The notes below the pieces were generated by a model that searched no databases, had not been told where the DNA came from, and was given only the letters and a program-made list of their open reading frames with translations. Shown here piece by piece: positions 28,070-36,391 of a stretch of DNA of 64,000 nucleotides. This DNA comes from an uncultured Bacteroidales bacterium (GTDB lineage Bacteria > Bacteroidota > Bacteroidia > Bacteroidales > UBA1402). The stretch lies in assembly GCA_964502355.1 (NCBI GenBank), contig CAZCWK010000006.1, positions 2,321-66,320 on the forward strand, written 5' to 3'. Position 1 is the stretch's first letter. Each line of letters begins with the position of its first letter. The position numbers and the translations under genes were made by a program.

Positions 28070-28585
28070 ATGAATCAAAATGATATAGAAAAAAGGTCAG
28101 GGGAAGTACAAAAACTGATGAATCAAATACCCGGTAAAATACTCATATGGGGAAATACGATAATTCTTTTTATAGTAATTAGTTTAATAATAATTGCCTG
28201 TTTTTTTAATTATTCAGAAGTAGTAAAATCTGATATCATAATTAATACTACCAGAACCGGTCATAATACATATGTGAATAAAGGGTTATTATTATTGAAT
28301 TTTGAAGGATCAGATAAAATCAGAAAAGGTTATCCTGTAGAAGTCCGTATTGATAACTATCTTGGACATAAACAAGGTCATATTAAAGGTGTTATAACAG
28401 CAATATGTACTAATAATTTAAATAGTGAGTTTGGAGAAGCTCATATAAATTTCTCCCGGACTGTGGTAGCTGATAACCATAAATATTTACCGGACTCTAT
28501 TGTGTTTCGTGGCAATGCGAAAATAATAGTTGGAAAAACCAGGTTTTTAACAAAAATAAAGCTGGCTTTGAAAAAGAAATCATAA
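28070..28585 (+). CDS. HlyD-family adaptor-like protein, unusually short (171 aa; no coiled-coil hairpin)
   Basis: The N-terminus (RSGEVQKLMNQIPGKILIWGNTIILFIVISLIIIACFF) and C-terminus (GNAKIIVGKTRFLTKIKLALKK) resemble the ends of about 400-aa Bacteroidota bacteriocin HlyD proteins (from memory). The central helical region is absent. Confidence 0.55.
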   Translation: MNQNDIEKRSGEVQKLMNQIPGKILIWGNTIILFIVISLIIIACFFNYSEVVKSDIIINTTRTGHNTYVNKGLLLLNFEGSDKIRKGYPVEVRIDNYLGHKQGHIKGVITAICTNNLNSEFGEAHINFSRTVVADNHKYLPDSIVFRGNAKIIVGKTRFLTKIKLALKKKS

Positions 28586-28593
28586 TAAAGGTA

Positions 28594-30012
28594 TTAAGCT
28601 ATAGGTATCTTAATAAGAAATTCAGTTCCAACATGTTCTTTGCTTGTAACCAGAATATCGCCTTTATGAGCCTTCACAACTTTTTTTACAAAACTTAAAC
28701 CAATACCGTATCCCATAATACTGCTTCTTTCAACTTTGCTACCCCGGTTGAAATTTTTAAAAATTTCATCCAAATCCTGAGCTGAAATTCCCATACCATT
28801 ATCGGATATTTTAATATTGAGGTTATTATTATCCTGCCGGCATTCAATATCAATATTTAGTGATTCATATGAATATTTGATAGAATTATCTATCATGTTG
28901 TAAAAAACTATCTCAAATTTGTCTTTGTCTATACAGGCTTGCAGATTTTCCGGATTACATATAAAACTAAACTTCACTTCTTTGTTTTGCACTGAGACAG
29001 ACTCTTTGTAATAACAGATTATTTCATTAACAAATTCGTTAATTTTTACAAATTTCTTTGTTAAAACAAGTTCACCTCGTTCTTCTTTTGCCAAAAGAAG
29101 TAGTCTGTGAATACTCCGGATTTGTTTTTCGCATTGTTCTTTGAATAGTTTATAATACTTGCTGCGTAACTCTTCGCTTTTATCAAAATTACCCATTTTC
29201 AACATATCAGAAACGTACATTATATTGTTTAACGGAGTCTGCATATCGTGAGTTACTGCGCTGGTATATTCCTTTAAAAATTGAATTTTAAGATGCTCTT
29301 TATTTAATGATCTTATTTGAAGAATGATAATCAGTATAACAAACATTACAATAAAAAGAGAAGTAAAGAATAAGCGTCGTATTTCTTTGTAGTGTATTAC
29401 AGATTTAAGATCAAGATTCATTTCAATTACCTGTACACTGTTTAACCTGATAAGAATATGGTTACCTTGTATGCTATCATATACCAGATTTGTATTAGAG
29501 CTAACTTCAGAAGTTGTTTTTTTGGTATTTCTACCCTTAGTAGAATCACTGATTAAACCTGAAATCTGAAAGTTTTTTAATTGAACAGAATCATTTTTGA
29601 TTGAAATATTATATTCCGGTAAAAAGCCAATTTTATTTGTAATAATACTTTTATATATAGAATCAATTTTAGATATATCAGGTTTAATACCCATAAGATA
29701 TGATGATTCATATAAAAATATTATCATATCTCCGGTTTTAGACGCCATACCACTAGCAATAACTTCTCCGTCAGTAACAAATGTATCTTTGACTAAACTT
29801 ATTTTACTGTCAGCTAAAACATCTGTTCTTTCAATCAATTCAATATCTGCCGCTTCCCTAAGGCTCGTTTTGCATTTCTCCATCATATCTTTTGATGTGG
29901 ATTCAAATGCTTGTAAAAACCAGTTATACTGCAGTATTAATAGTAATAAAACGCACAATATGGGTAATACATGCATTGATATGTAAACCAGTTTGTTCTT
30001 ATTTATTTTCAT
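28594..30012 (-). CDS. orphan sensor histidine kinase, paralog of 22944-24245
   Basis: 472 aa with the same architecture as the other kinase. TM1 LLLLILQYNWF compares with LLLLVLQYIWF. H-box VTHDMQTPLNN; NMIDNSIKYS; SDNGMGIS; GYGIGLSF. No adjacent response regulator. Confidence 0.85.
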   Translation of the reverse strand: MKINKNKLVYISMHVLPILCVLLLLILQYNWFLQAFESTSKDMMEKCKTSLREAADIELIERTDVLADSKISLVKDTFVTDGEVIASGMASKTGDMIIFLYESSYLMGIKPDISKIDSIYKSIITNKIGFLPEYNISIKNDSVQLKNFQISGLISDSTKGRNTKKTTSEVSSNTNLVYDSIQGNHILIRLNSVQVIEMNLDLKSVIHYKEIRRLFFTSLFIVMFVILIIILQIRSLNKEHLKIQFLKEYTSAVTHDMQTPLNNIMYVSDMLKMGNFDKSEELRSKYYKLFKEQCEKQIRSIHRLLLLAKEERGELVLTKKFVKINEFVNEIICYYKESVSVQNKEVKFSFICNPENLQACIDKDKFEIVFYNMIDNSIKYSYESLNIDIECRQDNNNLNIKISDNGMGISAQDLDEIFKNFNRGSKVERSSIMGYGIGLSFVKKVVKAHKGDILVTSKEHVGTEFLIKIPIA

Positions 30013-30050
30013 AGCATTAAATTAACGATGCGAAAATACAAAAAAAATTA

Positions 30051-30087
30051 ATAAAAAAAATCCTGATTCAAAAAAAGAAACAGGATT
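30051..30087 (-). terminator. rho-independent terminator-like hairpin after the ECF/DUF4252 operon
   Basis: Stem AATCCTG (30059-30065) / CAGGATT (30081-30087). On the minus strand it is followed by a T-run (plus-strand A-run 30051-30058). Confidence 0.55.
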
Positions 30088-30111
30088 TTCGTAAAAAAAA
30101 GTATAAAAAAA

Positions 30112-30582
30112 TTATTTCATCTTTTTTGTAAGTTTCTGAATATCTTCCATAGTCATGTTTCCATTCATTTGTATGATGACAAATTCGTCAGGTTCATCAA
30201 CCAACATTACAAGTTCAGAAATCAGAGTTTCAGATTTTTTCTTGACATAAAAATTTACATTGGATCCATCATCTTTGATTTTCATAAGTATTTCATATGC
30301 CGGATTGTTATGAAAGTGGGAAGTTTCCGTACGCATCATTTTTGCTATTCCGGGATTTTCAGAAGTCAGTATTAAAATACCTGATAGTTTTCCTGCAAAA
30401 TCTCCTATGTCCATTCCATTTTGGATTTTCATACCAGGCATCATTTGAAGCATTGATTTTGAAATAAATACAGAAGTAACTCCTTCCATCTCAGAAAACT
30501 TATCAAACAATTTATTTTGGGCAAAGCAATTGCCTGTAATCAGAACCATCAGTAAAGCAATTATTATATTCTTTGTTTTCAT
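30112..30582 (-). CDS. DUF4252 domain-containing secreted protein
   Basis: 156 aa with a signal peptide. The pattern LFDKFSEMEGVTSVFISKSML...ILILTSE...FVIIQMNGNMTMEDIQKL is typical of DUF4252, as I recall that family. Confidence 0.7.
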   Translation of the reverse strand: MKTKNIIIALLMVLITGNCFAQNKLFDKFSEMEGVTSVFISKSMLQMMPGMKIQNGMDIGDFAGKLSGILILTSENPGIAKMMRTETSHFHNNPAYEILMKIKDDGSNVNFYVKKKSETLISELVMLVDEPDEFVIIQMNGNMTMEDIQKLTKKMK

Positions 30583-30592
30583 ATAGTTATTA

Positions 30593-31183
30593 TTATTTGT
30601 TATTAGTAATCTTTTTAATTTGTTTGTCTAATATCTTATTGGATTTTTCAATTTTATTTGTTGCATTCTCCATTTGTTCAAATCCTGTATTTAAGTTCTC
30701 AGCGACCAAAGCAAGAGCTTTTTGAGTTTCAACGTAAGCTTTAGCCGGATCATTAAAAGTATCAGCATAGTTTTGAGTATCATTTTTCTTAACTACGGCA
30801 AATGTTATTGCAAATATTATTAGGGCACATGCTGCGATTGTTGACATAATTGTCCATGGCGAATACAGAAATACATTTTTTCTTTTTGGAGGCTTTATAT
30901 CAGGATTTATTCTTTCTGATATTGCTTTTTCACTATAGCTGGAATTGTTATTTTCGGAATTTTCAGAAAGTTTATCAATCATAGAGTTTAAATCAAACTC
31001 CAGGGATTCAGGTACGTTTATCACTTCGTTTTCATAACAAGCTAAAAATATTTTCTTGTCATCCATCAGTTCATCTGGTACATTATCCTTACTGAAGAAT
31101 TCATACAATTCTTTTTCTTGTTCGTTTGTGGTATTCCCATCATAAAACTCTGAAATTAGCTTTTTTATATGTTGAGTTCTCAT
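30593..31183 (-). CDS. putative anti-sigma factor (single-pass membrane protein)
   Basis: 196 aa. Cytoplasmic N-terminus, one TM (WTIMSTIAACALIIFAITFAVV), immediately downstream of the ECF sigma gene. Assignment is by context only. Confidence 0.4.
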   Translation of the reverse strand: MRTQHIKKLISEFYDGNTTNEQEKELYEFFSKDNVPDELMDDKKIFLACYENEVINVPESLEFDLNSMIDKLSENSENNNSSYSEKAISERINPDIKPPKRKNVFLYSPWTIMSTIAACALIIFAITFAVVKKNDTQNYADTFNDPAKAYVETQKALALVAENLNTGFEQMENATNKIEKSNKILDKQIKKITNNK

Positions 31184-31187
31184 TGTT

Positions 31188-31745
31188 TTATAGTGTAATG
31201 TTTAGACAATATTCATTATTATTTTCTACTTTATAATTCAATTCTCTGTTATAGAATGAATTATAATTTTCTTTAATAAACTTTCTACTTCTTGACAGAA
31301 TAACTCTGATATTGACAGCGCTTAATCCTGTAATCGCTTCAATTTCTTCAAAACTGTAATCATCATAGTGTCTTAATTTAAATACAAGCTTACTTTGCTC
31401 AGGCATTTTTTCGACAATCTTGTTAATAATACTTAGTGACTCATTGGTTTCAAAATCAGTAATTATTGACGAACTGTCAGACTTTTCCACATTTTGCAAA
31501 TCAAGCGAGTTCATTTTGTTTCTTGATGATCTCAAAATATCCATGCAGAGATTTCTAACCATTACTATGCAAAAGGATTCAGGATTTCTGAGTAATTCAA
31601 GCTCATCTCTTTTTTCCCACAACTTAACGTAAGTTTCCTGAACTACATCCTCTGCATCTGATGAATCTTCAAGAAGGCGATAGGCCATTCTGTAAAGTTT
31701 CTTATGTAAAGGAATAAATACTCCTTTGAAAGTAGTTGCATCCAT
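31188..31745 (-). CDS. ECF-type RNA polymerase sigma-70 factor
   Basis: 185 aa. Region 2 (DAEDVVQETYVKLW) and region 4 HTH (SFEEIEAITGLSAVNIRVILSRSRKFIK). Confidence 0.85.
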   Translation of the reverse strand: MDATTFKGVFIPLHKKLYRMAYRLLEDSSDAEDVVQETYVKLWEKRDELELLRNPESFCIVMVRNLCMDILRSSRNKMNSLDLQNVEKSDSSSIITDFETNESLSIINKIVEKMPEQSKLVFKLRHYDDYSFEEIEAITGLSAVNIRVILSRSRKFIKENYNSFYNRELNYKVENNNEYCLNITL

Positions 31746-31748
31746 TTA

Positions 31749-32201
31749 TCAATTGTTACATGCAAATTTTTGAACATCAGTTAAAGAAAAGCTGCCTTTA
31801 ATTCTGATATAAGCTGAATCATCACCGGTTACTAAAATGACGATTTCGTTAAAATGATCATTATAGTTTTTGGCCATAATCTTTACAAACTCGTCATCTT
31901 CTTTCACCTGAATAAGAGTTTCGTACAATTCATCATCAACATATCTGACTCTGTCACCATATTCTTCTTTTACATGCCTGTCACATTCACTCAAATCCAG
32001 AACCTGTAATGATTTTATTTTCAGGCCACTAAATTCTTTTTGTGATATGAATGGTCTTATCACTGACATGACAAAACGATTAAGATTTACTTTTTCAACA
32101 TTCCGGGCATATGAAAAATCCTTAAAAATATCACTCACAGATTCTGCCTGAATATTGAGGACGCTGATAAAAATTGTTGCTATAAATAAAATACGTTTCA
32201 T
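31749..32201 (-). CDS. DUF4252 domain-containing secreted protein
   Basis: 150 aa with a signal peptide. C-terminal VILVTGDDSAYIRIKGSFSLTDVQKF fits the DUF4252 pattern. First gene of the ECF operon. Confidence 0.65.
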   Translation of the reverse strand: MKRILFIATIFISVLNIQAESVSDIFKDFSYARNVEKVNLNRFVMSVIRPFISQKEFSGLKIKSLQVLDLSECDRHVKEEYGDRVRYVDDELYETLIQVKEDDEFVKIMAKNYNDHFNEIVILVTGDDSAYIRIKGSFSLTDVQKFACNN

Positions 32202-32331
32202 ACGATATTGTTTTTTTATTTTTTAGTCTTTAATAGGTAGACGATATCGAATAAATCTTGTTACAAATAAAAATAAAAAATTGTTTCTTTGTACTAATAA
32301 CATATCACTAGCTGGTTTATTGAATAAATAT

Positions 32332-33360
32332 ATGAAGAGTTTTGCGTCAGATAACAATTCCGGTGTACATAGTTCTGTAATGGATGCAATTATTAATGCC
32401 AATCAGGGTCATGCGATTGGTTACGGTGATGATCTGTGGACTAAAGAAGCTGAAGCATTGTTTAAATTTAATTTTGGAAATCAAAGTGAAACATATTTCG
32501 TTTTTAACGGGACAGGAAGTAACATAATATCGCTTCAGTTGATTACAAGGCCTTATAATTCAATAATATGTGCAGAAACCGCACATATCAATGTAGATGA
32601 ATGCGGAGCACCTGTTAAAAGTACCGGATGTCAGATTATTTCAATACCGGTTTCAAATGGAAAATTGACACCAGAATTGATTATGCCATATTTGCATGGG
32701 TTTGGTATAGAACACCATTCTCAACCCGGTGCAATTTATATATCGCAATGTACAGAACTTGGAACCGTATATACCATAGATGAGATTAAAGCCATTACAA
32801 AACTGGCTCATGAAAATGGAATGTATGTTCATATGGATGGTGCAAGACTGGCAAACGCTGCTGTTTTTTTAAATGCTTCATTTAAAGAAATGACTACTGA
32901 TTGTGGCATTGATGTCCTGAGTTTTGGAGGCACTAAAAACGGTTTAATGGGGGGAGAAAGTGTTGTGGTGTTGAACCCTCAACTATTTAATAAGGCAAAA
33001 TATATCCGTAAACAATCAGCTCAATTATCTTCAAAAATGAGGTATATATCAGCTCAGTTTGTAGCATATTTAACTGACGATTTATGGAAGAAAAATGCAG
33101 TTCATTCAAACAGGATGGCCGGATTGTTATTTGATAATTTAAAAAAATACCCCGAAATATCATTTACTCAAAACGTTGAGACTAATGCAATTTTTCTGAA
33201 ATTGCCAAAACAGGTGTCAAAGGCACTATTAGAAAAATGGTTTTTTTATTATTGGAATGAAAACGAAGGCGAGATTCGTCTGGTAACATCTTTTGATACT
33301 GATGAAAGTGATATAGATGAGTTTATAAGTGATTTAGATAACATTATTAATAACAGATAA
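32332..33360 (+). CDS. ltaE: low-specificity L-threonine aldolase (PLP-dependent)
   Basis: From ATG 32332: MKSFASDNNSGVH, and GGTKNG with the PLP lysine. The track start 32281 is TTG. Confidence 0.8.
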   Translation: MKSFASDNNSGVHSSVMDAIINANQGHAIGYGDDLWTKEAEALFKFNFGNQSETYFVFNGTGSNIISLQLITRPYNSIICAETAHINVDECGAPVKSTGCQIISIPVSNGKLTPELIMPYLHGFGIEHHSQPGAIYISQCTELGTVYTIDEIKAITKLAHENGMYVHMDGARLANAAVFLNASFKEMTTDCGIDVLSFGGTKNGLMGGESVVVLNPQLFNKAKYIRKQSAQLSSKMRYISAQFVAYLTDDLWKKNAVHSNRMAGLLFDNLKKYPEISFTQNVETNAIFLKLPKQVSKALLEKWFFYYWNENEGEIRLVTSFDTDESDIDEFISDLDNIINNR

Positions 33361-33391
33361 TAAAAACTTCATACTTAAAAAAACCAAAACA

Positions 33392-34627
33392 ATGAAAAGA
33401 GTTTTAATTGTAGCTTCATTGCTATGTTTTAATATTATGCTTAATGCACAGGTTAAAAATTCTGTGCCTGCCACAAAAATTAAGGTGTCTCAAAACGCTG
33501 AAAAAAGCATGAACGATCAGCTTGTAAAAGGCAGTGTTAAAGTTGTTTTAAATGTAAAAGATTTCGAGAATGATACTATTTATATTAGTGTCAATAACTT
33601 AAGTGCTCAGAATGATGTATTTGAAGATACATTGTTTTGTCAATCAGCAAATCAGGTTATTGATTTAGATATTAAAGGTCCGGGTTTAGCCAAGATTTAT
33701 TCAAAGAAATCATTTTTACTCAGGAAAAATGGTAAAAAGCTACTCGCTAACCACAGGTCAATAACGTTAGCTCTGAAACCGGGACAAAACATTGGTATTT
33801 CGGGAAAATTTGAGAATAACACATTGATATATAAAGTAGATGGTGATGATATTAACAAGACTTTCGGGGAAATGAGATTGAAATCATTAAGCGAAGATGC
33901 GTTGCTTACTACTCAAATGCTTAAAATAGATTCAATGCAATACAGCGGAGCTGATGAGAAATTAGTAGATTCACTTTGGGAAGAGTTGGATAAGAAACAG
34001 CAAAATCTTTTATCTGACAATTGGAAGTTTATCAAAGAAAATCCTGAAAATGAACTATCAGCTTTTTATATGTCATCACTTCCAATGGATTCAATACCTG
34101 TTTATATGAATCTTTTAGGTGTTAATCTTAAGAATGGAGATTATAGTAAGTTTTTAAACAATCTGAATGCCAAATACAAAAAATATGATGAAATAAACCA
34201 GGCTCAGAAAAAAGTTACTGAAGGTAAACAGGCTCCTGATTTCTCCCTGACTTCCATTGATGGTAAGCAAGTTAAATTATCTGATTTTAAGGACAAGTAT
34301 ATAGTAATTGATTTTTGGGGGAGCTGGTGCTACTGGTGCATAAAAGGCGTTCCACAGATGAAAGAGTATTATGCAAAATATAAGAATAAAGTAGAATTTA
34401 TTGGTATAGCATGTCGCGATAAAGATGCTGCATGGAGAGAGTCAGTAGCCAAAAATGAAATGAAATGGGTTCAACTGTATAATCAGACAAAAGATGATGC
34501 ATCAGTTTTATATGGAGTGACAGGCTATCCGACAAAGTTTATTCTTGATAAAGATCATAAAGTGGTTTATAAAGTAATTGGTGAAGATCCTGCTTTTTAT
34601 ACAAAGATGGATGAGTTGTTTAAATAA
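33392..34627 (+). CDS. TlpA-family thiol:disulfide oxidoreductase (thioredoxin-like, secreted)
   Basis: 411 aa with a signal peptide. C-terminal thioredoxin fold with CxxC (FWGSWCYWC) and GYPTKFILD. Confidence 0.75.
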   Translation: MKRVLIVASLLCFNIMLNAQVKNSVPATKIKVSQNAEKSMNDQLVKGSVKVVLNVKDFENDTIYISVNNLSAQNDVFEDTLFCQSANQVIDLDIKGPGLAKIYSKKSFLLRKNGKKLLANHRSITLALKPGQNIGISGKFENNTLIYKVDGDDINKTFGEMRLKSLSEDALLTTQMLKIDSMQYSGADEKLVDSLWEELDKKQQNLLSDNWKFIKENPENELSAFYMSSLPMDSIPVYMNLLGVNLKNGDYSKFLNNLNAKYKKYDEINQAQKKVTEGKQAPDFSLTSIDGKQVKLSDFKDKYIVIDFWGSWCYWCIKGVPQMKEYYAKYKNKVEFIGIACRDKDAAWRESVAKNEMKWVQLYNQTKDDASVLYGVTGYPTKFILDKDHKVVYKVIGEDPAFYTKMDELFK

Positions 34628-34640
34628 TAAATGATAGAAT

Positions 34641-35396
34641 ATGAGGTTCTTAGGATTGATACCTGCGAGGTATGCTTCAAGTAGATTCCCTGGAAAACCA
34701 CTGGTAAATATCGGTGGCAAATCAATGATCAGAAGAGTATATGAACAGGTTTTACCGGTTTTGGACGAAGTATGGGTTGCAACAGATGATGAAAGGATAC
34801 AAAAAGAGGTAGTCAGTTTTGGAGGGAAAGTTATAATGACATCAGATACTCACAGAAGTGGTACTGACAGATGTCTGGAAGCCTCTCAGAAGATTGGAGG
34901 AGACTTTGATGTTATTATCAATATTCAGGGTGATGAACCTTTTATTCAGCCCTCTCAAATTGAAAGTCTGAAAGCCTGTTTTCTGAATTTTCCTGAGATA
35001 AAACTTGCCACACTTATTAAAAAAATAACTGAAAAAGACGGAACAGAGTCTTTAATAAATCCTAATTCGCCTAAAGTTGTTATTGACTCCAGAGGCAGGG
35101 CTTTATACTTTAGCCGTTCAGTAATTCCTTTTGTAAGAGGTTTAAAACCTGATAGCTGGCTAAAAAATGGTTTGTTTTATAAACATATTGGAATTTACGG
35201 CTATAAAAAAGAGACATTGCAGGAAATTGCTTCTTTACCACAATCTAATCTGGAAAAACTTGAATCGCTTGAACAACTCAGATGGATTGAAAATGGATAT
35301 CAAATTCAAACAGCCATAACTGATATTGAAAATATTGCTGTGGATACACCTGAAGATCTTGAAAAAATTAATGAATTCCTTTTTAAAAATAGTTGA
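34641..35396 (+). CDS. kdsB: 3-deoxy-manno-octulosonate cytidylyltransferase (CMP-Kdo synthetase)
   Basis: 251 aa. IPARYASSRFPGKPL and IQGDEPF motifs. Confidence 0.9.
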   Translation: MRFLGLIPARYASSRFPGKPLVNIGGKSMIRRVYEQVLPVLDEVWVATDDERIQKEVVSFGGKVIMTSDTHRSGTDRCLEASQKIGGDFDVIINIQGDEPFIQPSQIESLKACFLNFPEIKLATLIKKITEKDGTESLINPNSPKVVIDSRGRALYFSRSVIPFVRGLKPDSWLKNGLFYKHIGIYGYKKETLQEIASLPQSNLEKLESLEQLRWIENGYQIQTAITDIENIAVDTPEDLEKINEFLFKNS

Positions 35397-35445
35397 TTTT
35401 GCAATAGAAAGACTATTTTGACGTTAATAATCAAGAATCAAGTGT

Positions 35446-36381
35446 ATGGAAATCATTGAAGTATCTCAGAAGGTCTACGACTCTTATTTTAAGGATATAC
35501 CATGTTTTAACAAGGCATCTTTTAATGAATTGAACTCTCAGAAATGTGAAGAAGTTCATTATCTTTTTTTTAAAGATAATAAAATCAGACTTGGCTTAAT
35601 ATATGGTGAAACCGGTAAGAATATCAACAGTCCGTTTTCTGCACCTTTTGGAGGATTTTCAACTAATAATTCAAAAATCAAAATTGAATATCTGGAAGAA
35701 TCAATCGGATTGTTTGAGGAGTACTTAGCTGCTTCAGGTATTGAGTGTGCAAAAATTGCCTTACCTCCGTTATTTTACGATGAGTCTTTCATAACCAAAA
35801 TAACTCACGTACTATACCAGAAAGAATGGATTCTGGACCAAATGGATCTTAATTATTATTATGTTCTGGATGATATCATTAAAGATTTTGGTTTCCCGGT
35901 AATGACCTATAGTGCCAGGAAAAATTTATCAGCTTCAAATAGTAATAATCTGCAATTCGCTTTTTGGAAAGACGAAGAACATTTATCAATTGCCTATGAT
36001 ATTATTGAAAAAAACAGGGCAATGAAGGGATATCCATTAAGTATGACCAAAGATCAGATGATTGTTACATCAAAAGTCGTACCTGTGGAATCCATGCTTG
36101 TAAGTCTTAATGATAAGTATATAGCAGGTGCGATAGTATATATGGTAACAAAAAACATACCACAGGTAGTTTATTGGGGAGATGATATTGAATATTCCGG
36201 ATTGCGGACGATGAATTTTTTGTCATATAACCTTTTCTTACACTATCAGAAATGTGGTTTCACAATTATTGATGTAGGAACAGCGATGATAGGGAATAAG
36301 CCAAATTATGGTCTGTGTGAATTCAAGGAATCAATAGGTTGTAAAATTCAGCCAAGAATTACTTTCAGAAAAGACTTCTAA
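35446..36381 (+). CDS. hypothetical protein, possibly FemAB/CelD-like GNAT-fold acyl- or aminoacyl-transferase
   Basis: 311 aa. The SPFSAPFGGF motif and the size are reminiscent of FemAB-like/Acetyltransf_6 proteins found in glycan loci. This is a weak call by eye. Confidence 0.3.
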   Translation: MEIIEVSQKVYDSYFKDIPCFNKASFNELNSQKCEEVHYLFFKDNKIRLGLIYGETGKNINSPFSAPFGGFSTNNSKIKIEYLEESIGLFEEYLAASGIECAKIALPPLFYDESFITKITHVLYQKEWILDQMDLNYYYVLDDIIKDFGFPVMTYSARKNLSASNSNNLQFAFWKDEEHLSIAYDIIEKNRAMKGYPLSMTKDQMIVTSKVVPVESMLVSLNDKYIAGAIVYMVTKNIPQVVYWGDDIEYSGLRTMNFLSYNLFLHYQKCGFTIIDVGTAMIGNKPNYGLCEFKESIGCKIQPRITFRKDF

Positions 36382-36391
36382 ATCACTTATC

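Noticed and set aside
29597-29986. 129-aa plus-strand ORF
   Set aside because: It is antisense to the N-terminal sensor region of the second histidine kinase and has no motifs.
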